64,000 nt of DNA from Eledone cirrhosa (Eukaryota). How positions within the stretch are numbered: the first letter of the stretch is position 1; the number at the start of each line of letters is the position of its first letter. Made by a program: the position numbers and the translations under genes. Shown one piece after another: positions 44,301 through 59,100 of this stretch. Below the pieces are notes generated by a model that did not search any database, was not told the DNA's origin, and worked only from the letters and a program-made list of their open reading frames with translations. The stretch is from assembly GCA_964016885.1 (NCBI GenBank), contig OZ024744.1, positions 118,110,001-118,174,000 on the forward strand, given 5' to 3'.

Positions 44301-47300
44301 AGTTAATGTAGAGGATGTGTGAAGGGTAGATTGTATGATGTCTGTGTTACATGGTAGTGAGACATGGGTAGTTAATGTAGAGGATGTGTGAAGGGTAGAT
44401 TGTATGATGTCTGTGTTACATGGTGGTGAGACATGGGTAGTTAATGTAGAGGATGTGTGAGGGGTAGATTGTATGATGTCTATGTTACATGGTAGTGAGA
44501 CATGGGTAGTTAATGTAGAGGATTTGTGAATGGTATATTGTATGATGTCTGTGTAATTAACATGGTAGAGAGGCATGGGTAGGTAATGTAGAGGATGTGT
44601 GAAGGGTAGATTTTATGATGTCTATGTATGTTACATGGTAGTGGGACATGGGTAGTTAATGTAGAGGATGTGTGAAGGGTTGATTGTATGATGTATGTGT
44701 ATGTTACATGGTAGTGAGACATAGGTAGTTAATGTAGAGGATGTGTGAAGGGTTGATTGTATGTCTGTGTATGTTACATGGTAGTGAGACATGGGTAGTT
44801 AATGTAGAGGATGTGTGAAGGGTAGATTGTATGATGTCTGTGTATGTTACATGGTAGAGAGACATGGGTAGTTAATGTAGAGGATATGTGAAGGGTAGAT
44901 CGTATGATGTCTGTGTATGTTACATGGTAGTTAGACATGGGTAGTTAATGTAGAAGATGTGTGAAGGGTAGATTATACGATGTCTGTGTTACATGGTAGT
45001 GAGACATGTGTATTGAATGTAGAGGATGTGTGAAGGGTAGATTGTATGATGTCTATGTATGTTACATGGTAGTGATACATGTGTAGTTAATGTAGAGGAT
45101 GTGTGAAGGGTAGATTGTATGATGTCTGTGTTACATGGTAGTGAGACATGTGTATTGAATGTAGAGGATGTGTGAAGGGTAGATTGTATGATGTCTATGT
45201 ATGTTACATGGTAGTGATACATGTGTAGTTAATGTAGAGGATGTGTGAAGGGTAGATTATGTGATGCCTGTGTTACAAGGTAGTGAGACATGTGTATTGA
45301 ATGTAGAGGATGTGTGAAGGGTAGATTGTATGATGTCTATGTATGTTACATGGTAGTGAGACATGGGTATTGAATGTAGAGGATATGTGAAGGGTAGATT
45401 GTATGATGTCTGTGTATGTTACATGGTAGAGAGACACGGGTAGTTAATGGAGAGGATGTGTGAAGGGTAGATTGTACGATGTCTGTGTTACATGGTAGTG
45501 AGACATGGGTAGTTAATGTAGAGGATGTGTGAAGGGTAGATTGTATGATGTCTGTGTTACAAGGTAGTGAGACATAGATATTGAATGTAGAGGATGTGTG
45601 AAGGGTAGAGTGTATGATGTCTGTGTTACATGGTAGTGAGACATGGGTATTGAATGTAGAGGATGTGTGAAGGGTAGATTGTATGAAGTCTATGTATGTT
45701 ACATGGTAGAGAGACATGGGTAGTTAATGTAGAAGATGTGTGAAGGGTAGATTGTACGATGTCTGTGTTACATGGTAGTGAGACATGGGTAGTTAATGTA
45801 GAGGATGTGTGAAGGGTAGATTGTATGATGTATGTATTACATGTTAGTGAGACATGGGTAGTTAATGTAGAGGATGTGTGAAGGGTAGATTGTATGATGT
45901 CAGTGTTACATGGTAGTGAGACATGGGTAGTTAATCTAGAGAATGTGTGAAGGGTAGATTGTATGATGTCTGTGTTACATGGTAGTGAGACATGGATATT
46001 GAATGTAGAGGATGTGTGAAGGGTAGATTGTATGATGTCTGTGTATGTTACATGGTAGTGAGACATGGGTATTGAATGTAGAGGATGTGTGAAGGGTAGA
46101 TTGTATGATGTATGTATTACATGGTAGTGAGACATGGGTAGTTAATGTAGAGGATGTGTGAGGGGTAGATTGTATGATGTCTATGTTACATGGTAGTGAG
46201 ACATGGGTAGTTAATGTAGAGGATTTGTGAATGGTATATTGTATGATGTCTGTGTATGTAACATGGTAGAGAGGTATGGGTAGGTAATGTAGAGGATGTG
46301 TGAAGGGTAGATTTTATGATGTCTATGTATGTTACATGGTAGTGGGACATAGGTAGTTAATGTAGAGGACGTGTGAAGGGTTGATTGTATGATGTCTGTG
46401 TATGTTACATGGTAGTCAGACATGGGTAGTTAATGTAGAGGATATGTGAAGGGTAGATTGTATGATGTCTGTGTATGTTACATGGTAGTTAGACATGGGT
46501 AGTTAATGTAGAGGATGTGTGAAGGGTAGATTGTATGATGTCTGTGTTACATGGTAGTGAGACATGGGTAGTTAATGTAGAGGATGTGTGAAGGGTAGAT
46601 TGTATGATGTCTGTGTTACATGGTGGTGAGACATGGGTAGTTAATGTAGAGGATGTGTGAGGGGGAGATTGTATGATGTCTATGTTACATGGTAGTGAGA
46701 CATGGGTAGTTAATGTAGAGGATTTGTGAATGGTATATTGTATGATGTCTGTGTATGTAACATGGTAGAGAGGCATGGGTAGGTAATGTAGAGGATGTGT
46801 GAAGGGTATATTTTATGATGTCTATGTATGTTACAAGGTAGTGGGACATGGGTAGTTAATGTAGAGGATGTGTGAAGGGTTGATTGTATGATGTATGTGT
46901 ATGTTACATGGTAGTGAGACATAGGTAGTTAATGTAGAGGATGTGTGAAGGGTTGATTGTATGTCTGTGTATGTTACATGGTAGTGAGACATGGGTAGTT
47001 AATGTAGAGGATATGTGAAGGGTAGATCGTATGATGTCTGTGTATGTTACATGGTAGTTAGACATGGGTAGTTAATGTAGAAGATGTGTGAAGGGTAGAT
47101 TATACGATGTCTGTGTTACATGGTAGTGAGACATGTGTATTGAATGTAGAGGATGTGTGAAGGGTAGATTGTATGATGTCTATGTATGTTACATGGTAGT
47201 GATACATGTGTAGTTAATGTAGAGGATGTGTGAAGGGTAGATTGTATGATGTCTGTGTTACATGGTAGTGAGACATGTGTATTGAATGTAGAGGATGTGT

Positions 47301-50300
47301 GAAGGGTAGATTGTATGATGTCTATGTATGTTACATGGTAGTGATACATGTGTAGTTAATGTAGAGGATGTGTGAAGGGTAGATTATGTGATGTCTGTGT
47401 TACAAGGTAGTGAGACATGTGTATTGAATGTAGAGTATGTGTGAAGGGTAGATTGTATGATGTCTATGTATGTTACATGGTAGTGAGACATGGGTATTGA
47501 ATGTAGAGGATATGTGAAGGGTAGATTGTATGATGTCTGTGTATGTTACATGGTAGAGAGACACGGGTAGTTAATGGAGAGGATGTGTGAAGGGTAGATT
47601 GTACGATGTCTGTGTTACATGGTAGTGAGACATGGGTAGTTAATGTAGAGGATGTGTGAAGGGTAGATTGTATGATGTCTGTGTTACAAGGTAGTGAGAC
47701 ATAGATAATGAATGTAGAGGATGTGTGAAGGGTAGAGTGTATGATGTCTGTGTTACATGGTAGTGAGACATGGGTATTGAATGTAGAGGATGTGTGAAGG
47801 GTAGATTGTATGATGTATGTATTACATGGTAGTGAGACATGGGTAGTTAATGTAGAGGATGTGTGAGGGGTAGATTGTATGATGTCTATGTTACATGGTA
47901 GTGAGACATGGGTAGTTAATGTAGAGGATTTGTGAATGGTATATTGTATGATGTCTGTGTATGTAACATGGTAGAGAGGTATGGGTAGGTAATGTAGAGG
48001 ATGTGTGAAGGGTAGATTTTATGATGTCTATGTATGTTACATGGTAGTGGGACATAGGTAGTTAATGTAGAGGACGTGTGAAGGGTTGATTGTATGATGT
48101 CTGTGTATGTTACATGGTAGTGAGACATGGGTAGTTAATGTAGAGGATATGTGAAGGGTAGATTGTATGATGTCTGTGTATGTTACATGGTAGTTAGACA
48201 TGGGTAGTTAATGTAGAGGATGTGTGAAGGGTAGATTGTATGATGTATGTGTTACATGGTAGTGAGACATGGGTAGTTAATGTAGAGGATGTGTGAAGGG
48301 TAGATTGTATGATGTATGTGTTACATGGTAGTGAGACATGGGTATTGAATGTAGAGGATGTGTGAAGGGTAGATTGTATGAAGTCTATGTATGTTACATG
48401 GTAGAGAGACATGGGTAGTTAATGTAGAAGATGTGTGAAGGGTAGATTGTACGATGTCTGTGTTACATGGTAGTGAGACATGGGTAGTTAATGTAGAGGA
48501 TGTGTGAAGGGTAGATTGTATGATGTATGTATTACATGTTAGTGAGACATGGGTAGTTAATGTAGAGGATGTGTGAAGGGTAGATTGTATGATGTCTGTG
48601 TTACAAGGTAGTGAGACATAGATATTGAATGTAGAGGATGTGTGAAGGGTAGAGTGTATGATGTCTGTGTTACATGGTAGTGAGACATGGGTATTGAATG
48701 TAGAGGATGCGTGAAGGGTAGATTGTATGAAGTCTATGTATGTTACATGGTAGAGAGACATGGGTAGTTAATGTAGAGGATGTGTGAAGGGTAGATTGTA
48801 TGATGTCTGTGTATGTTACATGGTAGAGAGACATGGGTATTGAACGTAGAGGATGTGTGAAGCGTAGATTGTATGATGTCTGTGTTACATGGTAGTGAGA
48901 CATGGGTATTGAATGTAGAGGATGTGTGAAGGGCAGATTGTATGATGTCTGTGTATGTTACATGGTAGGGAGACATGGGTAGTTAATGTAGAGGATGTGT
49001 GAAGGGTAGATTGTATGATGTCTATGTTACATGGTAGTGAGACATGGGTAGTTAATGAAGAGGATGTGTGAAGGGTAGATTGTATGATGTCTGTGTCTGT
49101 TACATGGTAGTGAGACATGGGTAATTAATGTAGAGGATGTGTGAAGGGTAGATTGTATGATGTCTGTGTTACATGGTAGTGAGACATGGGTAGTTAATGT
49201 AGAAGATGTGTGAAGGGTAGATTGTACGATGTCTGTGTTACATGGTAGTGAGACATGGGTAGTTAATGTAGAGGATGTGTGAAGGGTAGATTGTATGATG
49301 TATGTATTACATGGTAGTGAGACATGGGTAGTTAATGTAGAGGATGTGTGAAGGGTAGATTGTATGATATCTGTGTATATTACATGGTAGTGAGACATGG
49401 GTAGTTAATGTAGAGGATGTGTGAAGGGTAGATTGTATGATGTCTGTGTATATTACATGGTTGTGAGACATGGGTAGTTAATACAGAGGATGTGTGAAGG
49501 GTAGATTGTATGATGTATGTATTACATGGTAGTGAGACATGGGTAGTTAATGTAGAGGATGTGTGAAGGGTAGATTGTATGATGTCTATGTATGTTACAT
49601 GGTAGTGAGACATGGGTATTGAATGCAGAGGATGTGTGAAGGGTAGATCGTATGAGATCTGTGTATGTTTCATGGTAGAGAGACATGGGTATTGAACGTA
49701 GAGGATGTGTGAAGGGTAGATTGTATGATGTCTGTGTTACATGGTAGTGAGACATGGGTATTGAATGTAGAGGATGTGTGAAGGGCAGATTGTATGATGT
49801 CTGTGTCTGTTACATGGTAGTGAGACATGGGTAATTAATGTAGAGGATGTGTGAAGGGTAGATTGTATGATGTCTGTGTTACATGGTAGTGAGACATGGG
49901 TAGTTAATGTAGAAGATGTGTGAAGGGTACATTGTACGATGTCTGTGTTACATGGTAGTGAGACATGGGTAGTTAATGTAGAGGATGTTTGAAGGGTAGA
50001 TTGTATGATGTCCGTGTATGTTACATGGTAGTGAGACATGGGTAGTTAATGTAGAGGATGTGTGAAGGGTAGATTGTATGATGTCTGTGTTACATGGTAG
50101 TGAGACATGGGTAGTTAATGTAGAGGATGTGTGAAGGGTAGATTGTATGATGTCTGTGTTACATGGTGGTGAAACATGGGTAGTTAATGTAGAGGATGTG
50201 TGAGGGGTAGATTGTATGATGTCTATGTTACATGGTAGTGAGACATGGGTAGTTAATGTAGAGGATATGTGAAGGGTAGATCGTATGATGTCTGTGTATG

Positions 50301-53300
50301 TTACATGGTAGTTAGACATGGGTAGTTAATGTAGAAGATGTGTGAAGGGTAGATTATACGATGTCTGTGTTACATGGTAGTGAGACATGTGTATTGAATG
50401 TAGAGGATGTGTGAAGGGTAGATTGTATGATGTCTATGTATGTTACATGGTAGTGATACATGTGTAGTTAATGTAGAGGATGTGTGAAGGGTAGATTGTA
50501 TGATGTCTGTGTTACATGGTAGTGAGACATGTGTATTGAATGTAGAGGATGTGTGAAGGGTAGATTGTATGATGTCTATGTATGTTACATGGTAGTGATA
50601 CATGTGTAGTTAATGTAGAGGATGTGTGAAGGGTAGATTATGTGATGTCTGTGTTACAAGGTAGTGAGACGTGTATTGAATGTAGAGGATGTGTGAAGGG
50701 TAGATTGTATGATGTCTATGTATGTTACATGGTAGTGAGACATGGGTATTGAATGTAGAGGATATGTGAAGGGTAGATTGTATGATGTCTGTGTATGTTA
50801 CATGGTAGAGAGACACGGGTAGTTAATGGAGAGGATGTGTGAAGGGTAGATTGTACGATGTCTGTGTTACATGGTAGTGAGACATGGTTAGTTAATGTAG
50901 AGGATGTGTGAAGGGTAGATTGTATGATGTCTGTGTTACAAGGTAGTGAGACATAGATATTGAATGTAGAGGATGTGTGAAGGGTAGAGTGTATGATGTC
51001 TGTGTTACATGGTAGTGAGACATGGGTATTGAATGTAGAGGATGTGTGAAGGGTAGATTGTATGAAGTCTATGTATGTTACATGGTAGAGAGACATGGGT
51101 AGTTAATGTAGAAGATGTGTGAAGGGTAGATTGTACGATGTCTGTGTTACATGGTAGTGAGACATGGGTAGTTAATGTAGAGGATGTGTGAAGGGTAGAT
51201 TGTATGATGTATGTATTACATGTTAGTGAGACATGGGTAGTTAATGTAGAGGATGTGTGAAGGGTAGATTGTATAATGTCAGTGTTACATGGTAGTGAGA
51301 ATTGGGTAGTTAATCTAGAGAATGTGTGAAGGGTAGATTGTATGATGTCTGTGTTACATGGTAGTGAGACATGGATATTGAATGTAGAGGATGTGTGAAG
51401 GGTAGATTGTATGATGTCTGTGTATGTTACATGGTAGTGAGACATGGGTATTGAATGTAGAGGATGTGTGAAGGGTAGATTGTATGATGTATGTATTACA
51501 TGGTAGTGAGACATGGGTAGTTAATGTAGAGGATGTGTGAGGGGTAGATTGTATGATGTCTATGTTACATGGTAGTGAGACATGGGTAGTTAATGTAGAG
51601 GTTTTGTGAATGGTATATTGTATGATGTCTGTGTATGTAACATGGTAGAGAGGTATGGGTAGGTAATGTAGAGGATGTGTGAAGGGTAGATTTTATGATG
51701 TCTATGTATGTTACATGGTAGTGGGACATAGGTAGTTAATGTAGAGGACGTGTGAAGGGTTGATTGTATGATGTCTGTGTATGTTACATGGTAGTGAGAC
51801 ATGGGTAGTTAATGTAGAGGATATGTGAAGGGTAGATTGTATGATGTCTGTGTATGTTACATGGTAGTTAGACATGGGTAGTTAATGTAGAGGATGTGTG
51901 AAGGGTAGATTGTATGATGTCCGTGTATGTTACATGGTAGTGAGACATGGGTAGTTAATGTAGAGGATGTGTGAAGGGTAGATTGTATGATGTCTGTGTT
52001 ACATGGTAGTGAGACATGGGTAGTTAATGTAGAGGATGTGTGAAGGGTAGATTGTATGATGTCTGTGTTACATGGTGGTGAGACATGGGTAGTTAATGTA
52101 GAGGATGTGTGAGGGGTAGATTGTATGATGTCTATGTTACATGGTAGTGAGACATGGGTAGTTAATGTAGAGGATTTGTGAATGGTATATTGTATGATGT
52201 CTGTGTAATTAACATGGTAGAGAGGCATGGGTAGGTAATGTAGAGGATGTGTGAAGGGTAGATTTTATGATGTCTATGTATGTTACATGGTAGTGGGACA
52301 TGGGTAGTTAATGTAGAGGATGTGTGAAGGGTTGATTGTATGATGTATGTGTATGTTACATGGTAGTGAGACATAGGTAGTTAATGTAGAGGATGTGTGA
52401 AGGGTTGATTGTATGTCTGTGTATGTTACATGGTAGTGAGACATGGGTAGTTAATGTAGAGGATGTGTGAAGGGTAGATTGTATGATGTCTGTGTATGTT
52501 ACATGGTAGAGAGACATGGGTAGTTAATGTAGAGGATATGTGAAGGGTAGATCGTATGATGTCTGTGTATGTTACATGGTAGTTAGACATGGGTAGTTAA
52601 TGTAGAAGATGTGTGAAGGGTAGATTATACGATGTCTGTGTTACATGGTAGTGAGACATGTGTATTGAATGTAGAGGATGTGTGAAGGGTAGATTGTATG
52701 ATGTCTATGTATGTTACATGGTAGTGATACATGTGTAGTTAATGTAGAGGATGTGTGAAGGGTAGATTGTATGATGTCTGTGTTACATGGTAGTGAGACA
52801 TGTGTATTGAATGTAGAGGATGTGTGAAGGGTAGATTGTATGATGTCTATGTATGTTACATGGTAGTGATACATGTGTAGTTAATGTAGAGGATGTGTGA
52901 AGGGTAGATTATGTGATGCCTGTGTTACAAGGTAGTGAGACATGTGTATTGAATGTAGAGGATGTGTGAAGGGTAGATTGTATGATGTCTATGTATGTTA
53001 CATGGTAGTGAGACATGGGTATTGAATGTAGAGGATATGTGAAGGGTAGATTGTATGATGTCTGTGTATGTTACATGGTAGAGAGACACGGGTAGTTAAT
53101 GGAGAGGATGTGTGAAGGGTAGATTGTACGATGTCTGTGTTACATGGTAGTGAGACATGGGTAGTTAATGTAGAGGATGTGTGAAGGGTAGATTGTATGA
53201 TGTCTGTGTTACAAGGTAGTGAGACATAGATATTGAATGTAGAGGATGTGTGAAGGGTAGAGTGTATGATGTCTGTGTTACATGGTAGTGAGACATGGGT

Positions 53301-56230
53301 ATTGAATGTAGAGGATGTGTGAAGGGTAGATTGTATGAAGTCTATGTATGTTACATGGTAGAGAGACATGGGTAGTTAATGTAGAAGATGTGTGAAGGGT
53401 AGATTGTACGATGTCTGTGTTACATGGTAGTGAGACATGGGTAGTTAATGTAGAGGATGTGTGAAGGGTAGATTGTATGATGTATGTATTACATGTTAGT
53501 GAGACATGGGTAGTTAATGTAGAGGATGTGTGAAGGGTAGATTGTATGATGTCAGTGTTACATGGTAGTGAGACATGGGTAGTTAATCTAGAGAATGTGT
53601 GAAGGGTAGATTGTATGATGTCTGTGTTACATGGTAGTGAGACATGGATATTGAATGTAGAGGATGTGTGAAGGGTAGATTGTATGATGTCTGTGTATGT
53701 TACATGGTAGTGAGACATGGGTATTGAATGTAGAGGATGTGTGAAGGGTAGATTGTATGATGTATGTATTACATGGTAGTGAGACATGGGTAGTTAATGT
53801 AGAGGATGTGTGAGGGGTAGATTGTATGATGTCTATGTTACATGGTAGTGAGACATGGGTAGTTAATGTAGAGGATTTGTGAATGGTATATTGTATGATG
53901 TCTGTGTATGTAACATGGTAGAGAGGTATGGGTAGGTAATGTAGAGGATGTGTGAAGGGTAGATTTTATGATGTCTATGTATGTTACATGGTAGTGGGAC
54001 ATAGGTAGTTAATGTAGAGGACGTGTGAAGGGTTGATTGTATGATGTCTGTGTATGTTACATGGTAGTCAGACATGGGTAGTTAATGTAGAGGATATGTG
54101 AAGGGTAGATTGTATGATGTCTGTGTATGTTACATGGTAGTTAGACATGGGTAGTTAATGTAGAGGATGTGTGAAGGGTAGATTGTATGATGTCTGTGTT
54201 ACATGGTAGTGAGACATGGGTAGTTAATGTAGAGGATGTGTGAAGGGTAGATTGTATGATGTCTGTGTTACATGGTGGTGAGACATGGGTAGTTAATGTA
54301 GAGGATGTGTGAGGGGGAGATTGTATGATGTCTATGTTACATGGTAGTGAGACATGGGTAGTTAATGTAGAGGAATTGTGAATGGTATATTGTATGATGT
54401 CTGTGTATGTAACATGGTAGAGAGGCATGGGTAGGTAATGTAGAGGATGTGTGAAGGGTATATTTTATGATGTCTATGTATGTTACAAGGTAGTGGGACA
54501 TGGGTAGTTAATGTAGAGGATGTGTGAAGGGTTGATTGTATGATGTATGTGTATGTTACATGGTAGTGAGACATAGGTAGTTAATGTAGAGGATGTGTGA
54601 AGGGTTGATTGTATGTCTGTGTATGTTACATGGTAGTGAGACATGGGTAGTTAATGTAGAGGATATGTGAAGGGTAGATCGTATGATGTCTGTGTATGTT
54701 ACATGGTAGTTAGACATGGGTAGTTAATGTAGAAGATGTGTGAAGGGTAGATTATACGATGTCTGTGTTACATGGTAGTGAGACATGTGTATTGAATGTA
54801 GAGGATGTGTGAAGGGTAGATTGTATGATGTCTATGTATGTTACATGGTAGTGATACATGTGTAGTTAATGTAGAGGATGTGTGAAGGGTAGATTGTATG
54901 ATGTCTGTGTTACATGGTAGTGAGACATGTGTATTGAATGTAGAGGATGTGTGAAGGGTAGATTGTATGATGTCTATGTATGTTACATGGTAGTGATACA
55001 TGTGTAGTTAATGTAGAGGATGTGTGAAGGGTAGATTATGTGATGTCTGTGTTACAAGGTAGTGAGACATGTGTATTGAATGTAGAGTATGTGTGAAGGG
55101 TAGATTGTATGATGTCTATGTATGTTACATGGTAGTGAGACATGGGTATTGAATGTAGAGGATATGTGAAGGGTAGATTGTATGATGTCTGTGTATGTTA
55201 CATGGTAGAGAGACACGGGTAGTTAATGGAGAGGATGTGTGAAGGGTAGATTGTACGATGTCTGTGTTACATGGTAGTGAGACATGGGTAGTTAATGTAG
55301 AGGATGTGTGAAGGGTAGATTGTATGATGTCTGTGTTACAAGGTAGTGAGACATAGATAATGAATGTAGAGGATGTGTGAAGGGTAGAGTGTATGATGTC
55401 TGTGTTACATGGTAGTGAGACATGGGTATTGAATGTAGAGGATGTGTGAAGGGTAGATTGTATGATGTATGTATTACATGGTAGTGAGACATGGGTAGTT
55501 AATGTAGAGGATGTGTGAGGGGTAGATTGTATGATGTCTATGTTACATGGTAGTGAGACATGGGTAGTTAATGTAGAGGATTTGTGAATGGTATATTGTA
55601 TGATGTCTGTGTATGTAACATGGTAGAGAGGTATGGGTAGGTAATGTAGAGGATGTGTGAAGGGTAGATTTTATGATGTCTATGTATGTTACATGGTAGT
55701 GGGACATAGGTAGTTAATGTAGAGGACGTGTGAAGGGTTGATTGTATGATGTCTGTGTATGTTACATGGTAGTGAGACATGGGTAGTTAATGTAGAGGAT
55801 ATGTGAAGGGTAGATTGTATGATGTCTGTGTATGTTACATGGTAGTTAGACATGGGTAGTTAATGTAGAGGATGTGTGAAGGGTAGATTGTATGATGTAT
55901 GTGTTACATGGTAGTGAGACATGGGTAGTTAATGTAGAGGATGTGTGAAGGGTAGATTGTATGATGTATGTGTTACATGGTAGTGAGACATGGGTATTGA
56001 ATGTAGAGGATGTGTGAAGGGTAGATTGTATGAAGTCTATGTATGTTACATGGTAGAGAGACATGGGTAGTTAATGTAGAAGATGTGTGAAGGGTAGATT
56101 GTACGATGTCTGTGTTACATGGTAGTGAGACATGGGTAGTTAATGTAGAGGATGTGTGAAGGGTAGATTGTATGATGTATGTATTACATGTTAGTGAGAC
56201 ATGGGTAGTTAATGTAGAGGATGTGTGAAG
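29400..56230 (+). repeat. ~7.6-kb higher-order repeat (~107 monomers); head module present three times, starting at ~29401, 36984 and 48618
   Basis: Identical pseudo-ORF series at offsets of 7583 (29453/37036, 31788/39371, 34646/42229) and 7652 (35482/43134, 47640/55292). Markers include GATGCGTG (~29490/37073/48707), AGAATTGGG (~32081/39664/51298) and the 2-bp deletion GACGTGTATT (~31451/39034/50668). Confidence 0.9.
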
Positions 56231-59100
56231 GGTAGATTGTATGATGTCAGTGTTACATGGTAGTGAGACATGGGTAGTTAATCTAGAGAATGTGTGAAGG
56301 GTAGATTGTATGATGTCTGTGTTACATGGTAGTGAGACATGAATATTGAATGTAGAGGATGTGTGAAGGGTAGATTGTATGATGTCTGTGTATGTTACAT
56401 GGTAGTGAGACATGGGTATTGAATGTAGAGGATGTGTGAAGGGTAGATTGTATGATGTATGTATTACATGGTAGTGAGACATGGGTAGTTAATGTAGAGG
56501 ATGTGTGAGGGGTAGATTGTATGATGTCTATGTTACATGGTAGTGAGACATGGGTAGTTAATGTAGAGGATTTGTGAATGGTATATTGTATGATGTCTGT
56601 GTATGTAACATGGTAGAGAGGTATGGGTAGGTAATGTAGAGGATGTGTGAAGGGTAGATTTTATGATGTCTATGTATGTTACATGGTAGTGGGACATAGG
56701 TAGTTAATGTAGAGGACGTGTGAAGGGTTGATTGTATGATGTCTGTGTATGTTACATGGTAGTGAGACATGGGTAGTTAATGTAGAGGATATGTGAAGGG
56801 TAGATTGTATGATGTCTGTGTATGTTACATGGTAGTTAGACATGGGTAGTTAATGTAGAGGATGTGTGAAGGGTAGATTGTATGATGTCCGTGTATGTTA
56901 CATGGTAGTGAGACATGGGTAGTTAATGTAGAGGATGTGTGAAGGGTAGATTGTATGATGTCTGTGTTACATGGTAGTGAGACATGGGTAGTTAATGTAG
57001 AGGATGTGTGAAGGGTAGATTGTATGATGTCTGTGTTACATGGTGGTGAGACATGGGTAGTTAATGTAGAGGATGTGTGAGGGGTAGATTGTATGATGTC
57101 TATGTTACATGGTAGTGAGACATGGGTAGTTAATGTAGAGGATTTGTGAATGGTATATTGTATGATGTCTGTGTATGTAACATGGTAGAGAGGCATGGGT
57201 AGGTAATGTAGAGGATGTGTGAAGGGTAGATTTTATGATGTCTATGTATGTTACATGGTAGTGGGACATGGGTAGTTAATGTAGAGGATGTGTGAAGGGT
57301 TGATTGTATGATGTATGTGTATGTTACATGGTAGTGAGACATAGGTAGTTAATGTAGAGGATGTGTGAAGGGTTGATTGTATGTCTGTGTATGTTACATG
57401 GTAGTGAGACATGGGTAGTTAATGTAGAGGATATGTGAAGGGTAGATCGTATGATGTCTGTGTATGTTACATGGTAGTTAGACATGGGTAGTTAATGTAG
57501 AAGATGTGTGAAGGGTAGATTATACGATGTCTGTGTTACATGGTAGTGAGACATGTGTATTGAATGTAGAGGATGTGTGAAGGGTAGATTGTATGATGTC
57601 TATGTATGTTACATGGTAGTGATACATGTGTAGTTAATGTAGAGGATGTGTGAAGGGTAGATTGTATGATGTCTGTGTTACATGGTAGTGAGACATGTGT
57701 ATTGAATGTAGAGGATGTGTGAAGGGTAGATTGTATGATGTCTATGTATGTTACATGGTAGTGATACATGTGTAGTTAATGTAGAGGATGTGTGAAGGGT
57801 AGATTATGTGATGTCTGTGTTACAAGGTAGTGAGACATGTGTATTGAATGTAGAGGATGTGTGAAGGGTAGATCGTATGATGTCTATGTATGTTACATGG
57901 TAGTGAGACATGGGTATTGAATGTAGAGGATATGTGAAGGGTAGATTGTATGATGTCTGTGTATGTTACATGGTAGAGAGACACGGGTAGTTAATGGAGA
58001 GGATGTGTGAAGGGTAGATTGTACGATGTCTGTGTTACATGGTAGTGAGACATGGGTAGTTAATGTAGAGGATGTGTGAAGGGTAGATTGTATGATGTCT
58101 GTGTTACAAGGTAGTGAGACATAGATATTGAATGTAGAGGATGTGTGAAGGGTAGAGTGTATGATGTCTGTGTTACATGGTAGTGAGACATGGGTATTGA
58201 ATGTAGAGGATGTGTGAAGGGTAGATTGTATGAAGTCTATGTATGTTACATGGTAGAGAGACATGGGTAGTTAATGTAGAAGATGTGTGAAGGGTAGATT
58301 GTACGATGTCTGTGTTACATGGTAGTGAGACATGGGTAGTTAATGTAGAGGATGTGTGAAGGGTAGATTGTATGATGTATGTATTACATGTTAGTGAGAC
58401 ATGGGTAGTTAATGTAGAGGATGTGTGAAGGGTAGATTGTATGATGTCAGTGTTACATGGTAGTGAGACATGGGTAGTTAATCTAGAGAATGTGTGAAGG
58501 GTAGATTGTATGATGTCTGTGTTACATGGTAGTGAGACATGGATATTGAATGTAGAGGATGTGTGAAGGGTAGATTGTATGATGTCTGTGTATGTTACAT
58601 GGTAGTGAGACATGGGTATTGAATGTAGAGGATGTGTGAAGGGTAGATTGTATGATGTATGTATTACATGGTAGTGAGACATGGGTAGTTAATGTAGAGG
58701 ATGTGTGAAGGGTAGATTGTATGATGTCTATGTTACATGGTAGTGAGACATGGGTAGTTAATGTAGAGGATTTGTGAATGGTATATTGTATGATGTCTGT
58801 GTATGTAACATGGTAGAGAGGTATGGGTAGGTAATGTAGAGGATGTGTGAAGGGTAGATTTTATGATGTCTATGTATGTTACATGGTAGTGGGACATAGG
58901 TAGTTAATGTAGAGGACGTGTGAAGGGTTGATTGTATGATGTCTGTGTATGTTACATGGTAGTGAGACATGGGTAGTTAATGTAGAGGATATGTGAAGGG
59001 TAGATTGTATGATGTCTGTGTATGTTACATGGTAGTTAGACATGGGTAGTTAATGTAGAGGATGTGTGAAGGGTAGATTGTATGATGTATGTGTTACATG
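31100..59100 (+). repeat. Underlying ~2.06-2.27-kb (~29-32 monomer) sub-HOR repeated through the right domain
   Basis: The identical pseudo-ORF MYHYHVTYIDIIQ… starts at 31153, 33424, 35482, 38736, 41007, 43134, 44989, 47116, 50370, 52641, 54768 and 57536. Marker TTAATCTAGAGAATG occurs at ~32093, 34366, 39676, 41949, 45931, 51310, 53583, 56278 and 58478. Confidence 0.85.
32150..55350 (+). repeat. ~11.6-kb near-identical tandem duplication (junction ~43700)
   Basis: Pseudo-ORF offsets are 11565 (32373/43938), then 11634 (35076/46710, 36006/47640, 37036/48670, 43134/54768). Rare variants pair up at this offset: ATGTTTCATG (~38031/49665) and GGAATTGTG (~42738/54372). Confidence 0.85.

Noticed and set aside
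39737-47700. Independent 3982-bp tandem duplication inside the second 7.6-kb unit
   Set aside because: The offset is real (39956/43938) but equals 11634 minus 7652. Diagnostic alleles (GGAATTG versus GGATTTG) pair better at 11634 bp, so I treat it as a by-product of the 11.6-kb duplication. It is not fully excluded.
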